A DNA stretch of 64,000 nt from Chrysomallon squamiferum (GCA_012295275.1 CM022678.1:12400001-12464000); one strand, 5' to 3'; positions 41,636-54,959 are shown, counted from the first letter of the stretch. Numbers and translations: made by a program. Notes: a model not told the origin generated them from the letters alone.

Positions 41636-42128
41636 TATTATGGAATAAACTGCCTGGTGGATAATCAGGATAATTAACAGACTGATTCTGTGATTGTGTT
41701 GCTATTTTGATGTTTTGTTTCTCTTTGTGGTTAAATGTAAATTGCTATTATTGGCAACAAACAGTTCAACACTTGTGGAGAGAGAAGTATTATGACATAA
41801 ACTGCATGATGGATAACATTGACATCATTGTGTTGCTATTTTATTTTACTTCACTTTGTGTTTAAATTGTTGGCCACAAACAATGAAAGGTAGGTGATTG
41901 TGAAATGTTTGAATGTGAACAAATGACAGGTGAGGTATTCATATTACTTAAAGTTTTAGTATTAATTAACTGAACAATACTGGCATTCCCTCAATCAAAC
42001 TGTTTTAACACTGTTTTAACACTATAATATGTAAACTAAAACTGATATTTGTAACTGGAGATTAATGGGAAAATTGTAAAAGTTATGATCTGAGGAATTT
42101 CCCTACAAACTATAATCACATAAAGAGG

Positions 42129-44745
42129 TGTAGCCTGCAACTGTTTTGGGACAGTTGGTGTCTAGAGTTGACTTTCACATGACCAGTTGTTTACAGGTGT
42201 GGACCCAGTGATGTCCAGTGATGGTCAGTAGCCTGGGCTTAGATAACATGTGAGGTAAACAGCCCTGAGTGGCAGCAATTAAGGGCATCTAAATTTAGGA
42301 AGTAAAGTTAAAATAAAGATTCTTGGAGAGATCAGTTATAATCTGATATTAAAAGTTAAAACTTGAAATACTGAATTAAAACAAAGTTAGTAGAATAAAT
42401 GATTTTGTCATTTCATTTAGTGTGTAATAATGAATTCAGAGTAAAGTAAATTTGTAATCACAAAGCACCATAAATTAAAATACTAATTTAAACACAAGTT
42501 TAAATTGACATAAAATATAATACTGGCTGCTGGCATGAGCATGGTATAACTCACTTTTTGTAAGATATCACTGAATTCCCAGCTGACTTTAATTTATAAA
42601 GCTTTGCAAAATGGCAAAAGCAATAAAGCTAAAAGATCATGTTGCAGGCTGCTTTACAGGAAGAAAGGGATGTGACTCAACGATTTAGTGAGGAATTGCT
42701 GAGTCCTAAACAAGGTGAAAGCAGCACCAAAGAGTAATAAATCTCACACCTATGACTCAGTTATTTTATATCGGAAATGAGATAAAGGTGAGTAAATTTA
42801 ATGAGTCAGACAATGGCCTCAGATTTAGAGATTTTCGGGATCAGGTTGAAAGGACATTTCTACATCAGAGCCTTGCAGAAAAGGTGCAGGCTAGTTTTAT
42901 ATTAGCTCACTTAGAAGGTGAAGCGAAAGAAGAAATTAGGTTGAGGTCACAACAAGAGCAAGAGAATCCAGAAGTGGTCTGGGATCAACAGTGCATGAAC
43001 TTCAAAAGTTATTTTTGATCAATCACAGAAGGAAGGCAAATCACTGAGAGAATTCTCTTACGTCTCTCTGAATTATTAGATAGAATGTACAGGAAAAACA
43101 CTGAAAATGTGAGGGACTCAAGTTTGCATTAGTTACAACAGCCCTGACCATTTCACTAGGGATTGCACTAGAAACAGGCAGAGAGTTTCCCAGCGGGTGG
43201 ATAAGTAGAAGAGGAGGAAGTCAGTACCTAGGGGTTCAACAAGAGGACGAGGTTTGGTTGGAGACCAGCAAGAGCAGACAGGAAACTTCGACCCTCTACT
43301 GTTGTGAGTCAGACAGTAGAGGAAAAAGGTTCTGACTTATCTGAGTCTGTTTCCAATCAAGAGTTTGTCAGAACCGTTTCTGACTGTCCTATAGTTCAAG
43401 TGTCTATGGTAGGGGTCCATGTTGATTGGTTGTTAGATACTGGGTCAATAGTAACAACCATAACTGAGGATTTCTTCCACAATAATTCTGTTCCACTTAC
43501 TATTCAGCTCCTTACAAGTCAAGGATGACTCTAACTTAAGGATGCCAATGGATTGGATATTCTCTACTGTGGATATATTGAACTGGACATTGAAGCTCTA
43601 GGCAAATTAGTTCCTGTCAGAGGAATCTTGATGCTGAACAGGCCTAAATCAGACAGGACACCAAGGTTTTGAAAAGAGCATGAGTCTTATTAGAAGATGT
43701 AATGCACAAAGATGTGGAGCAATGGTGTAAAGAGTGTGAAAGGTGTGTGATGGCTAAACTGCCACAACTCAAACTGAAACTACCTTTGAGACCTACTGAA
43801 ATTGTAGCCATGGATTTGACAGTGTTGGAGCCATCTTGAAGTGGCAAAGAAAATGTCTTAGTCATGACTGATGTTTTTACCAAGTTCACTGTGAAAGACC
43901 AGAAGGCAGAAACCACAGCAAAGATACTCGGAGTGGTTTCAGCGACATGGAGTACCAGAACGGTTACACTCTGACCAAGTAGAAACTTTAAATTGAAGGT
44001 AATAAGTAGTTTATGTACTCTTTATGGAGTGAAAAAGAGCAGAACCACTCCATATCACCCTGAAGTAAACGGACAGTGTGAGAGATTATGCAGGACACTG
44101 CATGATCTGCTCTGCACAATTTCCAATGAATGTAAGAAGAAATGGCCTTAGTACATACCTCAGCTTATTTATTACTACAATGCTGCAACTCATTCTACAA
44201 CTGGCTTTTCACCATTTTATCCGAAGTTTGGAAACATCCAGGGCAGGAAAAGCATTCAAGATCACTGGAGAAGTCAAGTGTACAGAGTCACTGAAATGCT
44301 GGATCAAGATGGAAGGTTACACAAAGTTTGTCCTCTGGAAGATGACAAAGACATCAGGGTGGTGAACAGGTCAGAGATGAAACAGAGCCATGTTACACAC
44401 AACCAGAAAGATGATTTGAACAACAGTCAGACAATGCAAGAAATGACAAATCTAACATGATCATCTAGCAAGGATGATGATCAAATCAAGTTTTGTTAAT
44501 GATGTAGCACCACCTTCCCATGCACAAAACCTACCAGGGATCACGATAAGATGGTCTCAGCATGCAACAAAAGGAAAAAATCAAAAAAATATAACCTGCC
44601 AGCAATCAGTAATGAGCAGGTCACAGATGAAAAAGTTTGTCCATCTAATTTATCAAATGAAGATGTTTTGATCAGACTTAGTGCTACATTAATGCAAAAG
44701 GCAATTAAAGAGGTAAGTAGTGCTTTCAATCACAGAGATATCTAA
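42129..44745 (+). mobile_element. Degenerate Ty3/Gypsy LTR retrotransposon (gag, protease, integrase; RT-RNaseH deleted)
   Basis: PNMA-like gag (FILAHLEGEAKEEIR), protease LLDTGS near 43430 plus ANGLDILYCGYIELD, and integrase CKECERC, IVAMDLTVLE, LVMTDVFTKF, GVPERLHSDQ, SRTTPYHPEVNGQCER, YNAATHSTTGFSPF, with stops and frameshifts. LTR boundaries are uncertain and no 3' LTR was seen. Confidence 0.9.
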
Positions 44746-47700
44746 TAACCGTGAGATTCCAAACAAGATAAGCAACTAGATTAAGACAGTAACAAGTCCA
44801 GCTAGTCTGTCATCTGTCTTCAAACCGCTGATTGCTATGGGCCTGGCAATGTCTGACATGAAATGTGCTACTGTCACCACCACATTACATGTTGCTGCTG
44901 ATGTTTTTGGTATTAATTACATCTCTGTCACAATAACAGAACTGAAAACTCTTTACTAATATAAAATACAAGGTGCTATTCAGAAGTGTTATTTTCCCTC
45001 TTCTGTGTGTGTGTGTAGTAATAAAAATAAAATATAATAAACCTGAAAAATATAAAAATAATTTATTACCTACCAAGTTTCACCAATATTCAAGCTCTTT
45101 AACTCAGAGTTGTGTCCCTTCATGGTATAAACAAAGGCTAAGGGCACTGTCAGTTTCAATCTTAAATTTAAATAAAACAGTCCTGAGTATTTTGTACCAA
45201 GCATTTAAACATATAATAGTTATTTACTCACACACACACACACACACACTATTATCAGATAGCAATTATCACTATTGCTTATAGCTATCTATCTATATAA
45301 AAACAATTTGAGAAAAAGACAGAGAAAAAACCAAAAATAAACACAGAATAATAAAAAACATATTTCTGGTGATAATATTGTCAGATTTCTCTCAAGAATT
45401 AAAATAACATTTATAAAAGTATTCTTTATATAATTATAATAATTGCTGGAAATATAGAAATATAAAAATATAGCTAGACCAACAAAACAAACAAGAATAA
45501 ATAAAGAACAACAAAAAAAAAAGAAGAGAAAATAGCATTAATTGTAATGCTAAATAAAGAAAACATACAGCATCATCAAGAACACTAAGTGGGTGTTTCT
45601 TTTGTTTCAACATCGACTCTCAAACTGTGCTATTAACACATCCGTAATCCAACTGGATGAAAGCTTGAGCAGGTGCGCACAATTTCTGATTGCTTGACAG
45701 CAGGGTCCAGGTCTGCATCAGCCAATGAGCAACCTTAAAGCTGTCACATGACTGTTTGGTACAGTTTCTAAAATTAGACAGAGTATCAGAGTCAGTTTAA
45801 CCAAGAAACTTCATTTATAAACTGAATTTATATTTTAAGGAAGTTACTGGTTATACACGTATGTGTGTGTGTTAATTTATTTATATTCATAATACTGAAA
45901 TAATCAAATTTCATAATTACTTAAAAACATTTCCAAAATGAAAATTTTAACAGTTACTTTTAATGAATCAAATGGCTACTACTGACCACAAATGGCTTTC
46001 ACTGCATCTGTACCAGCCATTCTCAACCCATCAAAGTTAATGGTTGCTAGCTGAGTCAGTGACACCATCAAAGGTAATTGTCCAAGAGTACTAGAGTTTA
46101 GTTCTGCTTTTCTTAAATTGACATATTTCAGGTTTGTAAATTTCTCTGTGGCCAGTTTCTTTGGTAGTCAATCAGCTTACATCAGCCTTTCAACAGAACT
46201 TTGATTTGATTTATCGTGATTAAAAAAAAAAAGGAAAAAAAAAAAAAAGATTTCTTATATATATTTGCCTGTAAACACAGATTAGCACAAACATACTCAC
46301 ACATAAAAAAAACAGAGAACATAGCAAATAAAGAAACACAGAAAGAAACACACCCGCTAACCCTAAATACCAACAACAGCTGCCATATACACTGACAGAC
46401 TTCAGACACACACACACACACAGATTGACAAAGAAAATACAGATTGAAGAGAGAATGTTAAGTAGAATGAGGGTGATAAAGATGGATAAAGAAAGAAATC
46501 AGAAAATAAAAACAAAGAGATATTTACAGCTGAATATGCAGAAGATAAGATATGGACTGAAAGAGAGAGACAGTGAAAAGAGTCAGAGATGGAAACAGAG
46601 AGAGAGAGAGAGAGGGAGGGAGGGAGGGAGGGATTATTTAAAAAAATTTAAATTCAAAAAATGTGTTTACTTTAAGTTTAACTAAATCGTCAATGACAGA
46701 TACACAAAGATCAGGATTATTTCCATTGTCCACATCTTTCAAGGAAAGGAATTTTCAGTGGAAACGTTCTTCCAGAAACTCCAACAGCTGGTTGGTTAAA
46801 CAATTGCAGTTCAGACTTAATTCTTGTACAGAACTTGTGTCCGATTTGGATTCTGGAATACCTGAAATAAATGAAAAACAGTATTAAGAAACTTGGCAAC
46901 TATATCTTAACTATCAGCAGAAAAAGAAAAAAGTTCAGAAAATATGATAAATCAATAAATAAATAAATAAGAAAGTTAATAAATTGAAAATATAAATATA
47001 TAAAATGAAAAATGTAGTTAGTAGAAGACATCAGAATGTTTTAACAGTAGTAATAGTAACAGCAGTAGTAGTAGTTGTAGTTGTTAGCAATAGAACTAGT
47101 AGTAACAATGGTACTGTTGGTTATAGTAGTTGACACAGCAGTAGTTGTAGTAGTTTCAATATTAGTAAAAGTATTAGACCTGGTAGCAATAGTAGTAGTT
47201 GTTGTTGTAGTAGTAGTAGTAGAAACAGCAGCAGCAGAATTCGTAGCTGTGGTATTAGTGGTAACAACATAGAAGTAGTAATAATGGTAATAGTTGTAGT
47301 ATTAGTAGTAACAGTACTATTAATAGTAATAGTGATAATAGTTGTATTATTAATACTAACAGTAGTAGTAATAGCACTAGTGGTAATAGTTGTAGTTTTA
47401 GTAGTACCAGTACTAGTAGTAGTAATTGCAGCAGTAATAGTGATAGTGATAACTGTGGTAGAATTAGCTTAGGTTGAATAGTAGTAGTAAATACAATAAG
47501 AGGAGTCAGTTAAAAACTGCAGACACAACAATAGTAGTAGTAGTAGTAGTAGTTATAGTAGAAAAAAATAATAGCATTAACATGTGTAGAAATAGCAGTA
47601 ACAGATATAGTGATAAATCTAGATTGCTAATAGATTTAGTATGTTGAAAGTCACTGTTAGTAACTATTTTTTCAGTAGTAGAATAACAGTGGTAGCAATA

Positions 47701-48841
47701 TTAGTAGCTACTGATAATACTGGACAATTAATAATAACAATAACAATGACAATGACAATAATAATATTAATAATAACAATAACAATAATGACAATAATAA
47801 GAAGAAGAAGAAGAAGAAGAAAAAACATATATATAAATATAAAAATAATTTCTTGTTATTGGGTTTTATTATTATTATTATTATTATTACTACTACCACT
47901 ACTATTATTATTATAAAACATTTTATAACAGTTATAATTAAGATTACTCTCTCAGTGTCTGTTTTGTTGGTGGTGAGGCTAACTAAAATCACTGTTGTGT
48001 TAGAACACATTGCCAGACATTCCAAAACTGTTTCCTGATAAATTTAAAACCTAATTTAAAAATAAATAACTAAACAAAAATAAACGTGTTAATAATTAAT
48101 GAAAACATAGAATACTAAATTATTTCGTAGGTTGTAATATTAAATAAAAAAATAAAAAGATAAATAATAATGAATGTAAATATCCAATATTATGTAATTC
48201 AGTATGATTATATTTTAAATAAATCAAAAATAATAAGAAATTTAATAACTAAATAAATAAATGACACACAGATATATACAGACATTAGATACACAGACAG
48301 AAGATAGAAAGATTCATAAATAAATACAAATAAATAAAATAAAAATAATCAACTGTCTACTAAAACTTATTTATTGATCATTTTTATAAATTAAAACTAT
48401 TAATAAATTTAGAATTATTCAAAAAACTGATTCTTAAGCTATTTATGTTCGGAATTATCAAAAGAGAACTTAAGGAAAGATTATTTAAAATATTTTGTTT
48501 CTTTGTTATACTTCAAAAATAAAAACATAAAGAAAAGAAAGAAAGAAACTTGCTAATTATGAATAAATAAGAAACGATGTAAAGACACAGACTGACATAC
48601 AGAAGGACAAACAGAAAAGTATATAGTAAATAGAGATGTAGCTATATAGACAGATTCTCAGAAAGACAGACATATTTATCTGAACATTTTCAAGGAAAGA
48701 AATACACACAGACAAACAGAAAAGCAGAGAGAGACAGAAATAAAATAAATAAATAGGGAGGCAGACAGAAGGAGAAGCTGACAGATAGACTAAGACATAT
48801 TTACAGACATATTTACCTGAATATTTTTTAAAGATTTTAAA

Positions 48842-48883
48842 ATCTGACTAAGTGGATCTGACTAAGTGGATCTGACTAAGTGG
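48842..48883. repeat. Perfect 14-bp tandem triplication ATCTGACTAAGTGG within an exon
   Basis: Three exact copies. Collapsing them to one restores the frame ALPLSQILKSLKNIQ up to the donor. Confidence 0.9.
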
Positions 48884-49800
48884 TAAAGCTTGTGTCAGTT
48901 TAAGTCTTGGTCTGGCTGCTTTCAACAAAAACTCCAGTTTCACAAGAAGATTAGTCATTCAAGTCAGATAATCAAACTTTTTCTGTGGCTGTGGATCCAT
49001 ATCTTCCTTGCTTGGCACAAGAGTGAGTTTTCAGTGGTTGGTGTGGTGGTGTCAGTTTGTCTTCAGTCTAATGCTGGTGCTGGTTCTGTTGGTGCTGACT
49101 GCTGTTTAATTTAAAATGATGTGAAACCCATGCCAGTTCTGTGGAAATAACAAAAGAGGAAAAAATATATATTAACAGAGGGCAGACCTTGAATACAAGA
49201 GAAAACTTGGTTGCAAATATAAACACAACTGTCAAAAAATATTTTTTTTCCAAATGATTGGTAACTATTTAAAATACACTAATAGTAAGTAACAAACAAG
49301 TTATAAGAATAATACTGGTTCTAAAAAAATCACTAAAATTTTCAGAAAACAAAATATATTGATAAGATAATGACAATACAAGTTTACAACAACATTAATG
49401 TTCCAGTTTGTTTGGCAAATGCTAAAACTATGACATCATCAATGAAAATAGGTTTTGAATTAGGAAGACAGAACATCTACAAAAAGGCATACTGAAATAT
49501 TAATTCTCTGAGATATTACTAGATAACTTGTTTTATTAAAACACTGAATACTGTTGAGATTATTGTAGGAATATTATTATGTTCAGTTTTGTATCTGTTA
49601 AGTGCTGTAACTAAGTGTAAAAACAAATGTGAGCAAAACAAAATTAAAAAGTGCTCACAACTGAAGTGATGTCATGAAAAATAAGTAAATAAAAATAATG
49701 CTAACATAAAAGAATAAGCAGAAACTAGGAAATGAAGAAGAAAAGTAACAAGAATAGTCAGTACCTTCAAAAAAAAAAGAAGAAGTAATAATAAAAAAAA

Positions 49801-49831
<31 letters not shown>

Positions 49832-50539
49832 ATAGTAAAAATAATAAAAATTAAAATTAAGAATTTAAAATATGAAGAAACAAAAAGAAAGAAGAATAAG
49901 AACTATGAACAGAAACTGGGAGACTGAAAAATAATAAGTAAATTGTATATTACAAAAATCTAGCTCATTAAAATAACTGAAAATAAATACAGACAAGAGG
50001 TACAAACAAGACGAAAAAGATTATGAAGAAATTACAATGCAGATAAAAACAAGAAACAATAATCATGATAATTAGGTTAAAAAAAAAAAAAAAATGAAAA
50101 GTAATAAAAACAATATGAAGAAATATGAATAAACACAGGATTAAGAAGAACCAATAAGAATAAAAGACAAGACAGAAGAATCACACACACACACACAGAT
50201 ATTTAAAATAAATTAAATAAATAATGAAAAAATAGAAAAATAGGTGTCATAAAATAAATTATTACTGAAATAGTAACAAGATTATTAGCAGTAGTAGTAG
50301 TAATTTAAATAACAATAATACTAATCATAACACTCATCATGACAATAATAATAATAATAATAATGCTGACAATGATAATAATAATAATGATTATAAATTT
50401 ACAGCAATTTCTACTCAATAATAGATATTACTGTATACGAGGCATTAATTAAACACCATATTTCCGTAATTACTTTTAACAGAATTGACTGCATTATGAA
50501 GGAGTATTTTTTTTAAAGTGTGTAAACAATGATCGGCGT

Positions 50540-50590
50540 TCGACGCTGCCATCTTGGATTTCGATCGGAAGTTTCCGTGTCATCACGAAA
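50540..50590 (-). promoter_or_regulatory. Housekeeping-type promoter and start site of the LRR-RRM gene
   Basis: YY1-like CAAGATGGC overlaps the ATG at 50552, an ETS motif CGGAAGT lies at 50566-50572, and there is a local CpG cluster. Confidence 0.55.
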
Positions 50591-51231
50591 GTTTTTAAAC
50601 TTCCAAATTCAATTATTTTACTTGTTTTCTGAACATTTTATGATTTACACTGATAAGGATGGTTGTTCATGTTATTAAACCGTGATCTTCATTAAACTTT
50701 TCCAAGTGGCTAAAATTCAGTTAACGTCATAGTGAGTAGATAAAATATATAAACTTAGATCCTATACCCGCATTTTACTTTCCACCCAAAGACAATTATT
50801 TTTGGATTTTCTTATTATTTTTCAAGTTACACATTTGTTTAGCAGAATTATCTTGGCGGGATTGTCATTTTTATTATTTAGAGTTACTTCCCCTGGACTG
50901 TCAGTCAAAACTTTTCACTATTTCGACGACAGCTTATTTTGCACACTATCTGACAAGCCAAATGATTAAACGTTCAGGTCTTTTATTTGTTAAATTTTAT
51001 TTGTTGAAATTAATGTGCAATAAAGGCGTGTATGGACACTATAATGTATATTTTAAAAAAAATACGTGAATTTGTTCTTACATTTTTATTTCATCATTCG
51101 CCATTTTCAGGAACTAATTGTATTTCAGGGCTAGCATATCTTAGAAATACGGTAATCAGTATGAGTCTTAGTAAAACGTTATGTACAGGATTTCAAGTTA
51201 TGAACATGTAGACTGTAAAATTAAGACGATA

Positions 51232-51278
<47 letters not shown>

Positions 51279-51637
51279 AAATGATAATGAGTGGCCCGCC
51301 TAATATCACAAGGAAAATAACATTAATTAAAAATTTATAAATTCAATTTTATATCTACTGATATACTAAAACACGTTTTATTATAGCAGTAACTTTTTTT
51401 TTTTAATTTTTTTTTTTCTGAATAGAGATTTGTAACTTAAATATAACTATAAACAGCTGTTTAAGCTGTTTAATATTAATTTCTAAAGTGCAAGGGATAA
51501 TATTACAGTATTTTAGAAATGTAGTCCAATAATATTTAAACTGCTATTATTACTATACTGTGTAGTATCTGTAGAGCCAACAGCAGTAGCAGTAACAGTA
51601 ATAATAGTAGTAATATAATACTTAGAAGAAGTAGTAA

Positions 51638-52090
51638 GTAGTTGTATTGCTGAAGTAAGAGTGGGAGATTACTAGTGATAACAGTTGTATCGCTGAACTA
51701 ACAGTCACAGATTACTAGAAAAAGAGGTTGTATTCCTGAACTAATTGGTTAGAATTGCTGAAGTTATCGATTAGCTCTAAGAGCAGTAGTATTGCTGAAG
51801 TAACAGTGATAGATTAGTAGTAATATCAGTAGTATTGCTGAAGTAACAATGGCAGATTAGTAGTAATATCAGTAGTATTGCTGAAGTAACAGTGACAGAC
51901 TAGTAGTAATAGAAGTAGTATTGCTGAAGTAACAGTGAGAGATAAGTAGTACTAGAAGTAGTATTGCTGAAGTAACAGTGAGAGATAAGTAGTAATAGCA
52001 GTTATATCAGTGAAGTAACAGTGACACATTAGTAGTAATGGCGGTAGTATCGATGAAGTAACAGCGGCAGAGTAGTAGAAATAGCAGAAG
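51638..52090. repeat. 43-bp minisatellite, about 10 copies
   Basis: Unit GTAGTATTGCTGAAGTAACAGTGA.AGATTAGTAGTAATATCA repeated head to tail. Confidence 0.9.
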
Positions 52091-52169
52091 ATTAGTGGTA
52101 ATATCAGTAATAATAATAGTAATTTCAAAATAGGATGTGCACTGTAAGAAAGTAAGAATAATAGTAAAA

Positions 52170-52790
52170 TGTGAAAAAGAATAATGAAAAGTACACCAAC
52201 CAGCGAAGAACAGCGCGGATTTCGACAGTAGCGTCGCCAACGTTCACAGTAATAATAAAGATGTGTTTAATAATATATTTTAATACAGGATGCGTACGCG
52301 CAAAAATAAGAATAATAGGTGATCAAAAGCAAAGAATAATAATGAGAACTACACTAATAACAACGTTAGGAACAATGCCGGTACAACAGCAACGACGGCG
52401 ACATTAATACAAACTACAGTAATACATTTTAATAGCTCAGAAAATCATGACTAATGACTAATAAAAGCGCAAAACAATAATGAGAAGTTACAGCAACTCA
52501 GCTAGGAACAACGACAGCAACTATAGTGATATTAATAGAAATAGTAATAATACATTTTAGAAAAGCATATGAATAATAGTTAATAGAAAGTAAAAGGATA
52601 GTCAGAAGTACACCAGAACGTTGAGAACAACGCCGTTACGACTGTAATGACGGTGACATTAACAGAGATAATAATAATGTAGTTTAATATTTTAAAAACG
52701 AAAAGGAATAATGAGTACACCAATAACGTTAGGAGCAACGCCGGTAGGACGGCGACATTAATAGAAACTAAAATAATATATTTTAATACG
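52170..52790 (+). repeat. About 5 diverged units of a ~110-150 bp satellite-like repeat
   Basis: Recurring AATAATGAG..TACAC..AACGTTAGGAACAACGCCGGTA..GACGGCGACATTAATA..ATATTTTAATA. Confidence 0.85.
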
Positions 52791-53109
52791 TGATGCGCCC
52801 GCTCAGAATGTACGAAGAATAATTAAGATAAATCTGAATGAACTGTTACGAATGCAATAAACATCTCTACCAAAATCTTTGAACACATTTTTGTAACGGT
52901 AATCTAACTAGTCTAGTGAAGAAATTTGTGAATGTTGTTTACAATTTTCATTACACTTTATTAATCTTGAACTCGGTAGTCTGTGTTGGTTAAAGAAGTG
53001 CACACTTCAGCATCAAACCTATCTCTGAAAATGTATCCTTTTTCATAGAACATGATCATTGTAAACACTCGTGTGAAAACAACTGTGATTTCTTCAAGTG
53101 AGGATAATG

Positions 53110-54899
53110 TAAATTATATTAACCCACTTGATCGCTGAATGTAAATTATAAAACAAAAGACCTGAATTGATATAAGGAATGTCTTTTTACTAGTTTGCGT
53201 ACATTTCAATAAAAATATTGAGTCCTTTTTTCACATTCACAGTTTACAAAGGGCACTTTACTTACACATTCATATTCACAAAATAAATTTAAATAGGATA
53301 ATTTTACATGTTTTATGCACACAGATATATATGGATGTATATACACTCGCAGATAATACATCTTTCATGTTCTGAAGATTTTACAAAACAGAACCGTTAA
53401 TTAAAAGGTTAGTAGGCGGATACATGGTAGCAAATAAAACGGTTAAGGCAAATATATTTTGATATTCATTTTGTAAGTCGGAAATTAGTATTACAGGACA
53501 GATTATATTGATAATTACAGATGTAGAGGATATATATAGTTATTCTAAAATGAAATTCCATATTTATACAATAATATAACCGATAATCTCTAATTAATGT
53601 GTATAAATTATGATGACGTTACTTACTTTGATATCAATGGGTAAAATTATCAGTATTAATAGCGGTATGTTTAGCTAAAAATCACTGGTTCTATAGAGGT
53701 TCACGATTTCTCATATAATTATATTATAAATAAATATATATATATATTGATATGATTAAATATATTCTGATATGATTAAATATTCTAATATAATTAAATA
53801 TATTTTGACATGATTAAATAATTTCTCATTAAATTATATTATAAATAAATCAGTTTATTATTATTATTATTATTATCATTATTATATACTTTAAAAATGT
53901 ATTTTGTTTTTATCTCGACGGAAACTGTGATTTCTCTGATAACACTACGCGGCCTAATAAAAAATTAGAAGTAATTTTTATATACGCTCTCAGAACAGTT
54001 CTAATGAAACTTAGAGAATAGCGCCAAACATATATAGGAAGCTTCCGTTTTTACAGAAAAATAAAAACAAAATAAAAAATAAAGATATAACTATTGTTGT
54101 TATTGTTCTGCAGTTGACAAAAACGAGGACAAATATGGTGTCTGCTTCATTGTTATAGTGATAATTACTGGTGGAGCGGTTATATTAATATCTAATGTAA
54201 TAAGAGTACTTCAGGTTTAAGCTGAAATCTAAAGTATATTACACTATACAAATGACGCTGATGTACCCCTTTCTGTGACTAATGACAAAATTCAATTTCA
54301 CATAATAAAATAACGTGTTAAATCGTTTGTTCTCAGCTAATCAGTACACACTATCGTGATTCCAGGGAATTAACTCTGATATTTTTAAATATAACCTGAT
54401 TATAAATATACGATATTAATAAAATGTGATATTAACATTTCTCAACATAACCTACAAACTGTAAATATCATTGCTCAACCAGCAATGAATTCTTACCTTT
54501 TTCTTTTTACAGGTAATTAAACCGCTTATTTTCACAACGCCATGATGAATTATCATTTATAACTGTCAGTAATATCTAATAGATATGGTTATCAATATTT
54601 TCTGTAGAGTATAATATTTAAGTTCCTCGAACAGTAAAATTACACCTTTTTATTATACGATTTAGAATTAGTAAAGTAAAATATCACGTTACGTTTAATA
54701 AAACGGACATTTCTAAGCGGTATCTGAAGTTATAGATAGCGATTAGTGTTATTTATAGACAGCGATAAGTGTTATTTTCATAAAGCCGTGTAAAGTTAAT
54801 CGTAGTTGTTCTGGTGTTTATAACATTTCACTCTAGATACTTTTAATTTTTTAACTTTTTTCTTTAATTTTTTCTTTTCTTTTTTCTTTCTTTCTTTTC

Positions 54900-54959
<60 letters not shown>

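Larger units (their letters stand above)
38855..50552 (-). pseudogene. Multi-exon pseudogene encoding an LRRC75-like leucine-rich-repeat region followed by up to three RRM-like domains
   Basis: Exon 1 50474-50552 (MAASNADHCLHTLKKILL), 48817-49138 (stops, 14-bp triplication), 47948-48034, 46671-46861 (VQELSLNCNCLTNQLLEFL..*KFLSLKDVDNGNNPD; compare LRRC75 LTQLLLNGNRLT..FPALAWVDLGNNVD), ~45958-46200 (LKYVNLRKAEL..LTQLATINFDG), 45569-45767 and ~44751-44924 (RRM-like), 40473-40567, 40269-40384, and 39535-39630 plus 38855-38932 (DPVTHSNSGIAWTLMSD..VDKAIDYYNRVEAKIFGQPFIVS, RRM). Confidence 0.7.

Noticed and set aside
47081-48038. Val/Ile/Leu-rich ORFs resembling membrane proteins
   Set aside because: Derived from (GTA)n/(TAA)n low-complexity intron sequence. 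Only 47948-48034 on the minus strand is exon-like.
51638-52790. Regularly spaced repeats resembling a CRISPR array
   Set aside because: Units repeat along their full length with no unique spacers, there are no cas genes, and the context is eukaryotic. They are mini/satellites.
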